Position numbers and translations under genes: made by a program. Shown in pieces: positions 26,511-36,799 of a DNA stretch of 64,000 nucleotides (its first letter is position 1; every line of letters starts with the position of its first letter). Origin of the DNA: Vicinamibacterales bacterium (GTDB lineage Bacteria > Acidobacteriota > Vicinamibacteria > Vicinamibacterales > JAMQPK01); assembly GCA_963832375.1 (NCBI GenBank), contig CAWHUA010000008.1, forward strand, positions 1,451,855-1,515,854, read 5' to 3'. Below the pieces are notes generated by a model. It had not been told where the DNA came from. It made no database searches and saw only the letters and a program-made list of their open reading frames with translations.

Positions 26511-27223
26511 CTCTTCGCAGCGCAATAACCGCATGGCGTCGCCGGGCGTTGCCAATCTCGCTCGGATCGTTACAGGCGGTCAAGTGTGCCTCGTATTCAC
26601 AGTTTGGCGAGGATGCGATCCTCAGAGGCATTCTGGGCGACCGCTACCCTGCAGGTCTCTATATCGATGTGGGGTGCTTTCATCCAGTCAAATGGTCAAA
26701 TACCTATGCCCTGTACCTGCAGCAATGGCGGGGCATCTGCATTGACCCGAACCAGGACTTTGCAGCGCTGTGGCGAGGCATTCGACCACGTGACGAGTAC
26801 GTGAGCATTGGTATCTCCGACGCCGAGCTCACCCTCGGTTATGTCACCAATGTTATGGCCCCTCAAGAGAATCATCTCAGGATAGATACTCCGTCCTCCC
26901 GCGATGTTGAAGAGACGACACCCGTTGCCGTTCGACGACTCGACGCCGTCTTGCGCGAGCGATTGCGCCCAGGCACCACCCTCGACGTCATGTCCATCGA
27001 CTGTGAAGGTCACGACCTGAGGGTTCTGCGCTCCAACGATTTCTCGGCGTTCCGGCCGCGAGTCCTCATCGTCGAAGACAAGGCTCCACTCGCCCAGTCA
27101 GACATATCGGCCTTCTGCGAAACCCAAGGCTATCGGCTTGCCGGCATGTGCGGGCCATCGAGAGTGTTCGTCGATCGTGCGTGGAAACGACGTTCGAAAC
27201 ACAGAACTGACAATCAGAAGTAG
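26507..27223 (+). CDS. FkbM-family SAM-dependent methyltransferase
   Basis: ATG 26507 overlaps the upstream stop (ATGA). Motifs: YSQFGEDAILRGIL......LYIDVGCFHPVKWSNTYALY..GWRGICIDPN; C-terminal MSIDCEGHDLRVL. Confidence 0.75.
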   Translation: MTLRSAITAWRRRALPISLGSLQAVKCASYSQFGEDAILRGILGDRYPAGLYIDVGCFHPVKWSNTYALYLQQWRGICIDPNQDFAALWRGIRPRDEYVSIGISDAELTLGYVTNVMAPQENHLRIDTPSSRDVEETTPVAVRRLDAVLRERLRPGTTLDVMSIDCEGHDLRVLRSNDFSAFRPRVLIVEDKAPLAQSDISAFCETQGYRLAGMCGPSRVFVDRAWKRRSKHRTDNQK

Positions 27224-27233
27224 TCAAGAGCAG

Positions 27234-28160
27234 ATGTCCCCTTCGCCACTCGTTTCCGTGATCGTGCCCACGTACAACCGGGCCTCGGTGATAGGTGAGG
27301 CAATAGACAGCATCCTTTCGCAGTCGTACCGTCCGGTCGAGATTGTCGTGATTGATGACGGCTCCTCTGACGACACGGCATCACGGGTACGACGGTACGG
27401 GCATCCCGTCAAGTACGTGTATCAACGAAATCGTGGACCGGCCGCAGCCCGCAACTGTGGCATCCAGTACGCCGCCGGCGACTTTATCGCCTTTTGCGAT
27501 TCCGACGACGTATGGAACCCGGGAAAGCTCGAACGGGAGATGGAGATATTCTCGTCATATCCCGACGTGGACGCGCTCGCGTCCGACAGCGAAATCTGGC
27601 GCAACGGCCAGCTCGCGATTCGCTCGCGATTTGCTCAGCGCGGCATCGTCTTCCCCAGCGACGAACCTGTGTCGGTTCGTGCTTTCGGCCCGACCTGGCT
27701 GAGTGACAGCCTGTTCAGCACGTGCTGTCTGACACTTCGCCGGCGTGCGATTGACAGGCTCAACCCTGGACCATTCAATCCGACTCTCCGGGCGTATGAG
27801 GACTGGGATCTGGAACTTCGCTTGTACAGCCGCTGCAACGTGCTCTTTGTTCCCAGCATCTTCGCTCAAGTGCGACGCAGCCCGGACAGCACCCGTCCCG
27901 ACGTCGAACGGGCGAACTGGGCCAGATACCGTGCCTTGGATTGCTTCGTTCATTCCGGCGAGTTGCCGGCGCAATTCCAGGAACAGGCGAGCGCAGTCCG
28001 GGCTGAACTGGCGCGCAGGGTGGCAAGGACGACAACGAGTTGGCGCCGGGTATGGCGCCTCCCTGCGATGGTGCAGCAGGGCTCGAACGGCAATTTCCGT
28101 CGCGCACTTCGCCTCGTGTTTCACTCGTTCCAACGACGGGCGGCCGTCTCCGGCCAATGA
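27234..28160 (+). CDS. Glycosyltransferase family 2
   Basis: VSVIVPTYNRASVIGEAIDSILSQSYRPVEIVVIDDGSSDDT and AFCDSDDVW. Confidence 0.8.
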   Translation: MSPSPLVSVIVPTYNRASVIGEAIDSILSQSYRPVEIVVIDDGSSDDTASRVRRYGHPVKYVYQRNRGPAAARNCGIQYAAGDFIAFCDSDDVWNPGKLEREMEIFSSYPDVDALASDSEIWRNGQLAIRSRFAQRGIVFPSDEPVSVRAFGPTWLSDSLFSTCCLTLRRRAIDRLNPGPFNPTLRAYEDWDLELRLYSRCNVLFVPSIFAQVRRSPDSTRPDVERANWARYRALDCFVHSGELPAQFQEQASAVRAELARRVARTTTSWRRVWRLPAMVQQGSNGNFRRALRLVFHSFQRRAAVSGQ

Positions 28161-28176
28161 CGACACAGCGCGCACG

Positions 28177-29211
28177 ATGACGCTCTTGATCACCGCCTCT
28201 ACAGACTTCTTCAGCTCCAGCCGCAAGCTCGCGAACCGCCTGCTGGAAATGGGAATACCTGTCGTCTTGGCAACTGACTGCCCGGAACGCGACCGACTCG
28301 GAATCAACGGTCTCGACACCATCTATGCCCCTTCCTGGAGCCTGCCAAGGGCCCATCGCTTTGCGCACTTTGCGCGAATGCTGCTGCGCATGATGCGCCG
28401 GCCCGCAACGGCCGTGCGCCTGGCTCGCAATCTGTCGAGCGACGAAGGGACATGGAAAGCCAGGCTGCGCCGTGCGTACGAGCTCCTGCCCTTTGTCGGT
28501 GTGACGGCCAGTGCAGCTCGCATTGAGGGCACCGCCCTCGTCCCGTCCGCTCGGTTGCGTACCGTCCTCAAGTGTCCGATTGTCACGGGCTCGACTATCC
28601 GTCCTGGAATCGACACCGACCTGTATGGGCCTCCCCAGGGTGCGACAAGCGCACACCCCGAGGTTCTTCGAGTCATAGCCAAAGGCGGCCTTGGATGGCA
28701 GCGAGGTCTTGAGTATCTGCTCGCCGCGGTTCGGCGCCTCGTGGACCAGGGCATGAAGATTCGGGTCGAGATCATCGATGACGGCTCCACACTCCGCGAC
28801 AGACAGCGGCTCCTCTACACACTCCGTGACATGTCCTTGACCGACGCCGTGAGCGTCATCACGTGTGGTCCAGACGAGGCGGCAGCACGACTCAGACACG
28901 CGGACGTGTTTGTCGACCCGAGCGTGACGGCACCGCATGCGCACATCGTGCTGCAGGCCATGTCATGCGGCCTGCCGGTTGTGGCCACCGCACTCTCCGG
29001 CCGGGATATGTGCGTCACGGACCACGTCGAGGCGATCCTCGTGCCGATTCGCCAACCTGAGGCTATTGCCCAGCGCTTGCGACAGCTCGCCACGAACGTG
29101 CACCTCAGACAGTGCATGGGCATGGCGGGTCGGGCGAGAGTGTTGAGAGACTTCACCATCGAGCGCCAGGCGGCAGAACTGGGCGCGATGTACTTCGAGG
29201 CGACACGTTGA
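28177..29211 (+). CDS. GT-B fold glycosyltransferase (GT4-like, degenerate motif)
   Basis: Start at MTLLITAST (ATG 28177). C-terminal VDPSVTAPHAHIVLQAMSCGLPVVATALSG. Confidence 0.6.
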   Translation: MTLLITASTDFFSSSRKLANRLLEMGIPVVLATDCPERDRLGINGLDTIYAPSWSLPRAHRFAHFARMLLRMMRRPATAVRLARNLSSDEGTWKARLRRAYELLPFVGVTASAARIEGTALVPSARLRTVLKCPIVTGSTIRPGIDTDLYGPPQGATSAHPEVLRVIAKGGLGWQRGLEYLLAAVRRLVDQGMKIRVEIIDDGSTLRDRQRLLYTLRDMSLTDAVSVITCGPDEAAARLRHADVFVDPSVTAPHAHIVLQAMSCGLPVVATALSGRDMCVTDHVEAILVPIRQPEAIAQRLRQLATNVHLRQCMGMAGRARVLRDFTIERQAAELGAMYFEATR

Positions 29212-30428
29212 GAGTCGTGCTGAACGTGTCGGTCTTTCCTCAGACTGCCGAGACGTTTATCGTCACGAAGTTTGTCGGGCTTCTGAAACAAGGCGCCGAC
29301 ATGCATATCGTGTGCGACCGCATCAATTCAGCGGAGCACCATCGCTTTCCGCAATTGACCTCTTCCCCTGGCGTGCGTCAGCGAGTCAGGCCACTACCCC
29401 GAAAGACAAGCCGGGTAGTTGGATTCCTGACCCTGCCCTGGGTGCTTCTCCGAACGTTTGTCAAGAACCCGTCAGGAACATGGCGGTACCTGTCGAGAGG
29501 CTGGAAGCGTTTCGGGACGGAGATCCTGTTCAAGCTGCATCGCGATTCGGTATTCATCGAGCTGCGACCGGACATCATCCACTTCGAGTTCACATCGATT
29601 GCGATGATCCGCGCGTACCTCGGCGATCTGCTCGACACGAAGATTGTGGCAAGCTGCCGGGGTTCCGATATCAATGTCGTCGGACTCGAGAGACCAGACT
29701 ACTACGACGAACTCTGGAAGTCGGCCGACGCCGTTCACTTCGTTGGCCGATACCTTCGTGACCAGGCTGAACGGCGTGGTTTCACACCTACGCAGCTCCA
29801 TGAAGTCATCACACCTGCGGTTGACGCAGACTACTTCGCACCTGAACAGTTACGTCAGGCTCAATCCGGTGACCGTCGACTGCGTGTTCTCAGCGTCGGG
29901 CGTCTGGTCTGGCAGAAAGGTTATGAGATCGCCCTCGAAGCGATCAAGCTTGCCCGCGATTCTGGCTGCGATATCGAGTTTCGCATAGTGGGCGATGGAC
30001 CCGATCGAGAGGCTATCGAGTTTTGTTGTCACCAGTTGGGCCTTGCTGATTGCGTCACGATGCTTGGGTCTCTCAGCCGAGACCACGTTCGTCGTGAGAT
30101 GACAGAGGCTGATGTCTTCGTGCAGGCCTCGGTTTGCGAGGGACTGGCCAACTGCGTCATGGAAGCCCAAGCAATGGAGCTGCCGATCGTCACGTCGGAC
30201 GCGGGGGGGCTTCCCGAAGTCGTCGAGGCTGGCGTGACAGGCTTCGTGGTGCCGCGTCGTGACCCGCTGTCAATCGCCGAAAAACTCGTGACGCTCGCGT
30301 CACTTCCGCAGTTGCGTATCGAAATGGGCCGCGCCGGCCGAAGACGGATTCTCGCACGCTTCCAGGTGGCGCAACAAATCGACGCCTTTGCCTTGCTTTA
30401 TTCAAGGCTCGCTCGTGTTGTGGGTTAG
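29208..30428 (+). CDS. Glycosyltransferase family 4
   Basis: Probable TTG/GTG start at 29208-29217, overlapping the upstream stop. Motif: VQASVCEGLANCVMEAQAMELPIVTSDAGGLPEVV. Confidence 0.75.
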   Translation: MRVVLNVSVFPQTAETFIVTKFVGLLKQGADMHIVCDRINSAEHHRFPQLTSSPGVRQRVRPLPRKTSRVVGFLTLPWVLLRTFVKNPSGTWRYLSRGWKRFGTEILFKLHRDSVFIELRPDIIHFEFTSIAMIRAYLGDLLDTKIVASCRGSDINVVGLERPDYYDELWKSADAVHFVGRYLRDQAERRGFTPTQLHEVITPAVDADYFAPEQLRQAQSGDRRLRVLSVGRLVWQKGYEIALEAIKLARDSGCDIEFRIVGDGPDREAIEFCCHQLGLADCVTMLGSLSRDHVRREMTEADVFVQASVCEGLANCVMEAQAMELPIVTSDAGGLPEVVEAGVTGFVVPRRDPLSIAEKLVTLASLPQLRIEMGRAGRRRILARFQVAQQIDAFALLYSRLARVVG

Positions 30429-30453
30429 CGACCGTGTCTGGAGCAAACGTCCC

Positions 30454-31362
30454 ATGATCGAATCTCGTACGACATCCTCATTCACGGTCGGCGCGTGTGT
30501 CGATCGGGCAGGAGTGGGAGGCCTCGAGGTCCTGGTGCGCTCGCTGATTTCCGCACACGCTCCAGAAACCCGTTTCGAGATCCATGTGCTCCATGACCAC
30601 ATCCCGGAGCGAACTCGAAGCAGATTGTCAGAGATCGTTCATGGGAGCGGCGCCGGTCGGATGAATTGGACGCTGTTTGACCCGGAGCGTTTCTTCAAAG
30701 GCCGAATCGTACATGGCCTCATGTCTTATGCCCGCTTCTTTCTTCCAGAGATTGTTGGCGTTGACCGCTTGCTCTATCTCGACACTGACCTGGTCGTTCT
30801 CAGGAGTGTGGAGGATTTCACCGATATCGAGCTGACGGAAGGCATCGCCGCGATGCAGGAAAAGACATTTGGACGGTCAAACTGCAAGCACTTCTTCGCC
30901 CGCGTCGGTGCTAATCCGGATGTGCCCTATTTCAACACCGGAGTGCTGGTGATCGATTGCAAGAGATGGGTCTCCGAGCGGACACGTTCCCATCTCATTG
31001 AGACGGCCGAGAAGGTCGGATGGGATCTGCCATCCGGAGACCAGACGTTGCTGAACCTCCATTGTCAGGGACGCTTTAACCGTCTTTCGAGTGGCTGGAA
31101 TCGTCTGGCCTATGCGGGCGCCGCTCCGCTGGGTGACTTCGACGAGACGACAAGGATTGTGCATTTCATCGGTCGCCCTAAGCCATGGGAGTGGGGGGGC
31201 TGGGTGAATCGCCAGCATGCCCTGTACAAGGCGCTGGCTGAACGACGCGAGCTGCTTCCGTGCCAACCGGAGCTCGAGTGCTGGCCTGACGGCATTCGAC
31301 GAATCGCTCGATACGGCTCCAGCTACATCAAATGTGCTACACGCCGCCTCAAGTTTGGCTGA
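30454..31362 (+). CDS. Glycosyltransferase family 8 (retaining hexosyltransferase)
   Basis: Start at MIESRTTS (ATG 30454). Motifs: LLYLDTDLVVL (DxD), YFNTGVLVIDCKRW, SGDQTLLN, IVHFIGRPKPW. Confidence 0.75.
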   Translation: MIESRTTSSFTVGACVDRAGVGGLEVLVRSLISAHAPETRFEIHVLHDHIPERTRSRLSEIVHGSGAGRMNWTLFDPERFFKGRIVHGLMSYARFFLPEIVGVDRLLYLDTDLVVLRSVEDFTDIELTEGIAAMQEKTFGRSNCKHFFARVGANPDVPYFNTGVLVIDCKRWVSERTRSHLIETAEKVGWDLPSGDQTLLNLHCQGRFNRLSSGWNRLAYAGAAPLGDFDETTRIVHFIGRPKPWEWGGWVNRQHALYKALAERRELLPCQPELECWPDGIRRIARYGSSYIKCATRRLKFG

Positions 31363-31375
31363 CCTGACAGTTCCG

Positions 31376-32551
31376 GTGAGCGCACAACATCCTGCCGGCA
31401 CCTCGCATCCCGTGGTTGTGGCCATCTGGCAGCGCTTCGGGGCGTACCACCTCGCGCGCCTCCGTGGCGCGGCTGAGGTACTCGGATCGGGCTGGCGCGT
31501 CGTCGGTGTTGAGGTCGCCGAGCAGGATGAATACCGCTGGAGTCTTGCCGCCGATCCTCGCGTCAGTCGCGTGACTCTGTTTCCCGGCCGGAACTACGTT
31601 GAACTTTCCCCGAAGATCATTCGGCAGGCAGTCACCGCCGCACTGGACCGCCTGCAACCGTCGGCAGTGTGTATCAACGGATGGGCCGTGCCGGAAGCCG
31701 TGGCCGCACTTCGATGGTGCCGCTCGAACCGCCGGCGCGCCATCCTGATGTCCGAGACGTTCGACTCGTCCAACAACCCCTTGAAGCTCTGCATCAAGCG
31801 GTGGCGCGTACGTCAATTCGATGCCGCGATCGTGGGCGGCCGGGTCCACGCCGGCTATCTCGAGACCCTCGGCTTCCCTCGGGACAAAGTCGAGCTCGGC
31901 TACGACGTTGTCGACAATCAGCATTTCAGTGCGCCCGGGCCCTCTGCGGCAAGTGCGTCTCATGTGTCCAATAGGCGGTACTTCCTCGCGAACACACGCT
32001 TCCTCGAACGGAAGGGCATCGACGCCTTGCTGCGCGCCTACGCCCGATACCGGGCTCTCGAAGCGCAGCGGCCCGGCTCGGCCGCGCCCTGGCACCTGGT
32101 GGTAAGTGGCAGCGGCACGATGGAGAGATCGTGGAAGGCGTTGGCCGACGATCTTGGCGTCGCCGACACCGTGTGCTGGCCCGGCTTTCTCCAGTATCAC
32201 GAGCTGCCGTCTTTGTATGGGTCGGCGGGAGTCTTCGTTCACCCCGCCCATCGCGAGCCCTGGGGGCTGGTTGTGAACGAAGCCGCCGCCGCAGGGCTGC
32301 CGCTCATCGTCGGACGGCGGGTAGGCGCCGCGTGTGAGCTCGTGCGCGATGGCGAAAACGGTTTTCTCATCAATCCCAATGACGTGAGTGCCCTTGCGAA
32401 CCTGCTCGATCGAGTGACGCAAATGACGGATGCCCAGCGCGCGGCGATGGGTGCGATCTCTCAGCGACTGGTCTCGCAATTCGGCCCTGACCGCTTCGGA
32501 CAGGCAGTCCGGCGATGCGTCGCCGGCCCTGCGCCACAACGGTCGTCATAA
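31376..32551 (+). CDS. Glycosyltransferase family 4
   Basis: Probable GTG start at 31376. Motif: VHPAHREPWGLVVNEAAAAGLPLIVGRRVG. Confidence 0.7.
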   Translation: MSAQHPAGTSHPVVVAIWQRFGAYHLARLRGAAEVLGSGWRVVGVEVAEQDEYRWSLAADPRVSRVTLFPGRNYVELSPKIIRQAVTAALDRLQPSAVCINGWAVPEAVAALRWCRSNRRRAILMSETFDSSNNPLKLCIKRWRVRQFDAAIVGGRVHAGYLETLGFPRDKVELGYDVVDNQHFSAPGPSAASASHVSNRRYFLANTRFLERKGIDALLRAYARYRALEAQRPGSAAPWHLVVSGSGTMERSWKALADDLGVADTVCWPGFLQYHELPSLYGSAGVFVHPAHREPWGLVVNEAAAAGLPLIVGRRVGAACELVRDGENGFLINPNDVSALANLLDRVTQMTDAQRAAMGAISQRLVSQFGPDRFGQAVRRCVAGPAPQRSS

Positions 32552-33705
32552 TGCGCATTCTCCACGTTATTCGAGGGCTCGCGAACTCATCGGGTACGAC
32601 GCACATTGTCGGACCGCTCGCAGAAGCCCAGGCACGACAGGGGCACTCTGTACGCGTGCTTTACGTTGAGAAGCCGGGACAACAGCCGGTCGTTCCGAAC
32701 CCGGCCCTCGTGCGGTCGGACGGTTTCCCGATGACTGTTGCATCCACGCACTTCGGGTGGTCGCAACCCTTCGCCAGAGCCCTTCGAGGCGCCGTGCGCG
32801 AAGCGGACGTCGTGCACATCCACGCGATCTGGAACTTTCCAACGTGGGCGGCCATGCGTGAAGCACATCGGGCAGGTGTGCCCTACGTCGTCGCGCCGCA
32901 GGGTTCGCTCGAGGATTGGGCGCTCGCCCGGCACCGGCTCTTCAAGAGTGTCTACGCCACGCTTGCCGAGCAGCCCTACTACCACCGGGCCTCAGCGATG
33001 CAGGCGTTGACCACGACCGAAGTCGAGCAGTGCCGACGCTTTGGGATCAAGGCGCCGGCGCGAATTCTGCCGAACGGGGTCGACTTGTCCATCGTGGATC
33101 GATTCGCCCGTTCCGTTGATATCCGGAGTGAGCTGTCGCTCCCGGAGAACTCCGTGCAAGTCCTGTTTCTGAGCCGGCTGTTTGCCAAGAAAGGGCTCGA
33201 TATCCTCATCCCCGCGTTTGCGAGGCTCGCCGCCGAGCAACCTGACGTGTACCTGCTCGTCGCAGGACATGACGCCGGCAGCGGCTATCGCGCATCACTC
33301 GAGAAGCTGGCGCGGCGCCTCGGCATTGCACATCGGATGCGCTTCCTGGGCGAGGTTGCCGGCCGCAGAAAGTTTGAACTGCTGTCGTCAGTCGACATCT
33401 TCGCGCTGACGTCGTACTCGGAGGGCCTTCCTATCGCAGTCCTCGAGGCGATGGCTTGCCGCCGCCCGGTGATCATCACGCCGAACTGCAACATACCCGA
33501 AGTCGCGCAGAACGGCGCCGGCTGGGTCGTCGACGCCACTCTCGGCGACGTGCTCGTCGGTCTCAGGGCCGCTGTCGCCAGCGGGCGGCAGCGGCTCGCA
33601 CGCGGGGAACACGCGCGTCGTCTTGTCGAAGCGAACTTCACGTGGGACCGCATCGCGCGCAAGAGCGTCGATCTCTACGGATTACATGACACCGCGTTCA
33701 ACTAA
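32551..33705 (+). CDS. Glycosyltransferase family 4
   Basis: Start at MRILHVIRGLANSSGTTH (the ATG shares one nt with the upstream TAA). Motif: ALTSYSEGLPIAVLEAMACRRPVIITP. Confidence 0.8.
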   Translation: MRILHVIRGLANSSGTTHIVGPLAEAQARQGHSVRVLYVEKPGQQPVVPNPALVRSDGFPMTVASTHFGWSQPFARALRGAVREADVVHIHAIWNFPTWAAMREAHRAGVPYVVAPQGSLEDWALARHRLFKSVYATLAEQPYYHRASAMQALTTTEVEQCRRFGIKAPARILPNGVDLSIVDRFARSVDIRSELSLPENSVQVLFLSRLFAKKGLDILIPAFARLAAEQPDVYLLVAGHDAGSGYRASLEKLARRLGIAHRMRFLGEVAGRRKFELLSSVDIFALTSYSEGLPIAVLEAMACRRPVIITPNCNIPEVAQNGAGWVVDATLGDVLVGLRAAVASGRQRLARGEHARRLVEANFTWDRIARKSVDLYGLHDTAFN

Positions 33706-34573
33706 CGTGCCCACAGACATCATTCCGGCATCGGTCATCGTTCTCACGCACAACGAGGCCGATAACATCGCGCCGTGTCTGTCGCTGTTGTCGGGCTTCG
33801 GCGAAATCATCGTCGTCGACTCCGGCAGCACCGACGGCACCCTCGACAGGCTGCGCGAAGACTTCCCGCATGTCCGGGTGCTCCATCACCCGTTTGAGGA
33901 CTTCGGGCGCCAGCGGAACTGGGCGCTCGACCATGGGCATCCACAATACGAATGGGTGCTGTTTCTTGATGCCGACGAACGATGCACTCGCGAATGCGCC
34001 GATGCCATTGCCGCCGCGATCTCCAGCCCGGACAGTCACGTGGGTTTCTTCCTGTGTTACCGCAATCTGTTCCTCGGTCGCTGGATCAAGCACTGCACCA
34101 TGTATCCGACATGGCAGCTCCGGTTGCTGAAGCGAGGTCGCGTTCGGTATCAGAAAGAGGGACACGGCCAGCGCGAAGTGATGAGCGGCAGCGCGGGATA
34201 CATCCACACACCGTACGACCACCTGGGGTTCAGCAAGGGCATCGCCAACTGGATCGCGCGACACAACGAATATTCCAGCAACGAGATCGAGCTGATTACG
34301 CGACTGGCCGGCAGCTCGTTCAGCATTTCCACGTTGTTCACGAGAGACCCGGTGGCGCGCCGGCGGGCCCTGAAACAACTGGCGGCACGCGCTCCGCTGC
34401 GGCCCCTCGCGAGGTTCTTGTACCTGTACATCGTGCGTCGCGGATTTCTCGACGGGCGGCCCGGCCTGTTGTTCTGCCTGTTGCGTGTCGCCCATGAGCT
34501 CCACATCGTCGTGAAGCTCGCGGAGGCCGACGTGACGATCGCCCCGAACCGACCCCAGCGTCGCGCCGCGTGA
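33686..34573 (+). CDS. Glycosyltransferase family 2
   Basis: Start at MTPRSTNV (ATG 33686, 20-nt overlap with the upstream gene). Motifs: ASVIVLTHNEADNIAPCL......IIVVDSGSTDGT and LFLDADE. Confidence 0.75.
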   Translation: MTPRSTNVPTDIIPASVIVLTHNEADNIAPCLSLLSGFGEIIVVDSGSTDGTLDRLREDFPHVRVLHHPFEDFGRQRNWALDHGHPQYEWVLFLDADERCTRECADAIAAAISSPDSHVGFFLCYRNLFLGRWIKHCTMYPTWQLRLLKRGRVRYQKEGHGQREVMSGSAGYIHTPYDHLGFSKGIANWIARHNEYSSNEIELITRLAGSSFSISTLFTRDPVARRRALKQLAARAPLRPLARFLYLYIVRRGFLDGRPGLLFCLLRVAHELHIVVKLAEADVTIAPNRPQRRAA

Positions 34574-34607
34574 GCGCGATGCCCTTGCAGGACGGACCAC
34601 TAGACTA

Positions 34608-36782
34608 ATGAAGCAACTCACGTATTCGCCGGCGAATGGCCGGATCGCGCTCCTGGACGTGCCGCCGCCCCAACTTCGCGGGCTCGGCGTGCTGGTCGAA
34701 ACGGTCGCGTCGGTCATCTCCCCTGGCACCGAGCGCACGTCCATCGAATTCGGACGCTCGTCGCTCGTCGGCAAGGCACGAAGCCGGCCGGATCTCGTCC
34801 GGCAGGTCATCGAAAAGACCCGTCGTGACGGGATTGTGGAATCGACCCGCGTGGCGTTCGGGCGTCTCGATCGGCCGAGCGGGCCTGGCTACGCCTGCTC
34901 AGGAACGGTAAGGGCTGTCGCAGGCGGCCTGTCCGAATTTCGTGTCGGCGATCATGTCGCGTGCGCCGGCGGCGGCTATGCGACGCATGCGCAGGTGAAC
35001 TACGTCCCGAAGAATCTGGCCGTCTTGATTCCCCGCCGCGCCAACGGCGAATTGATCGGCTTCGACGAAGCGGCGTTCGCCACACTCGGCGCCATCGCCC
35101 TGCATGGCACACGCCTCGCGCTGCCCCAGCTGGGCGATCGCGCCGTTGTCATCGGCCTTGGCGTCATTGGGCTGCTCGCGGCCCAGATACTTCGCGCGCA
35201 CGGCTGCCGTGTCCTTGGCATCGATCTCGACATGCAGCGATGCGAAGTGGCTGCCCGGCTGGGAGTCGATGAAGTCGCGACGCCGTCAGAAGCACGGGCG
35301 TGCTGTGATGCGTGGAGTCGAGGCGCAGGTGCGGACCTCGTGCTGATCACCGCCGCATCCGAAGGCAGCGCACCGGCTGTTCTGGCGACCGAGCTTGCCC
35401 GCGACCGCGGCCGGATCGTCGCGGTCGGGGCGACGGGCCTCGACCTGCCCAGGCGGACGTGTTACCTGAAGGAGCTCTCTGTCGTCGTCTCGAGAAGCTA
35501 TGGACCCGGCAGATACGATCCCAATTTTGAGGAACGCGGCCAGGACTATCCCGCGGCATTCGTGCGTTGGACCGAGCGCGAGAACATGCGCGCCTTCCTG
35601 GATCTCGTCGCCCGTGGAACCGTCGACGTGCGATCGCTCATCTCATACCGGTTTTCGATCGATGAGGCCGAGGCCGCATACCGCCTGCTGAACACAAGCG
35701 ACGCGCTGGGCATTGTGCTGGAGTATCCCGATCTGGCGCACCGCCCGACCCAGGCGTCCCAGGTCCGGCTGCGTCAGCCCGAGGCGCCCCTGGGACTCCA
35801 GGGCAAAGCGGTCCTGAGCTTCGTCGGCGCCGGCACGTTCGCCCGCGACGTCCTGTTGCCCGCCGTGAAGAAATGTCCGGATGTGCACTTGCGCACCGTC
35901 ATCACGGCCAGCGGACTCTCCGCCCGTTCGGCCGGCGACAAGTTCGGCTTCGAGCTCTGCAGCACCTCTGAAAACGATGCGTGGCACGATTCGGCCAGCA
36001 ACGCCGTCGTGATTGCGACCCGGCACGATCTGCACGCGTCGTATGTCGCACGCGCCCTGCGCGCGGGAAAAGCCGTGTTCGTTGAAAAGCCACTTGCGCT
36101 GAACGAAGCGGATCTTTCACTCGTGGAGGCGGCGCATGCAGACTCCCGCGCGGCTCAGGGTGCCCCCTTCGTCTTCGTGGGATTCAATCGACGCTTCGCG
36201 CCGCTGGCCGCACAGGTTCGCGCACATTTCACGCATGTGAACGGCCCGATTAACGTGCTGTATCGCATCAATGCCGGCCGGCTTCCGGCAGGCAGCTGGC
36301 AGGCCGGCGACGAAGGCGGCGGCCGGATTCTCGGCGAGGTCTGCCACTTCGTCGACCTCTGCGCCTTTCTTTCCCGGTCGACGGTTCGTGAGGTCACGGC
36401 CACGAGGTCGAGCTCGTGCGATGACGACGTCATGGTCGTGCTGAGAATGGATAACGGCTCCATCGCCACGATCGCCTACATGGCGGAAGGCGACAGGGCC
36501 CTGCCGAAGGAGCGCCTGGAAGTCTTCGGCGGCGGGAAGGCGGCGGTCATCGACGATTTCCGGACCGGCTGGATATCCACCGATGGACGGCGGCGGCGGC
36601 TGGGCGGCTTCCTCGGCCTCCAGGACAAAGGGCATCGCCTCGAAATGACGGCGTTCGTCACGGCCGTGCAGCGGAGAGGTGAGAGTCCGATTCCGTTCGA
36701 AGAAAGCGTGAACGTGACACGCGCAACGTTTGCCATTCTGAAGTCGCTCGAGCTCGGCACACCTGTTTCAGTTCGCGGCTGA
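34608..36782 (+). CDS. Bi-domain oxidoreductase (Zn-type alcohol-dehydrogenase-like domain fused to a Gfo/Idh/MocA domain)
   Basis: 724 aa. The N-terminal half is MDR-like (VASVISPGTE..., GDHVACAGGGYATHA, VIGLGVIGLLAAQIL). The C-terminal half reads LSFVGAGTFARDVLLPAV...VVIATRHDLHASYVARALRAGKAVFVEKPLAL. Confidence 0.8.
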   Translation: MKQLTYSPANGRIALLDVPPPQLRGLGVLVETVASVISPGTERTSIEFGRSSLVGKARSRPDLVRQVIEKTRRDGIVESTRVAFGRLDRPSGPGYACSGTVRAVAGGLSEFRVGDHVACAGGGYATHAQVNYVPKNLAVLIPRRANGELIGFDEAAFATLGAIALHGTRLALPQLGDRAVVIGLGVIGLLAAQILRAHGCRVLGIDLDMQRCEVAARLGVDEVATPSEARACCDAWSRGAGADLVLITAASEGSAPAVLATELARDRGRIVAVGATGLDLPRRTCYLKELSVVVSRSYGPGRYDPNFEERGQDYPAAFVRWTERENMRAFLDLVARGTVDVRSLISYRFSIDEAEAAYRLLNTSDALGIVLEYPDLAHRPTQASQVRLRQPEAPLGLQGKAVLSFVGAGTFARDVLLPAVKKCPDVHLRTVITASGLSARSAGDKFGFELCSTSENDAWHDSASNAVVIATRHDLHASYVARALRAGKAVFVEKPLALNEADLSLVEAAHADSRAAQGAPFVFVGFNRRFAPLAAQVRAHFTHVNGPINVLYRINAGRLPAGSWQAGDEGGGRILGEVCHFVDLCAFLSRSTVREVTATRSSSCDDDVMVVLRMDNGSIATIAYMAEGDRALPKERLEVFGGGKAAVIDDFRTGWISTDGRRRRLGGFLGLQDKGHRLEMTAFVTAVQRRGESPIPFEESVNVTRATFAILKSLELGTPVSVRG

Positions 36783-36799
36783 CCCCCTTTTTCTCACTC

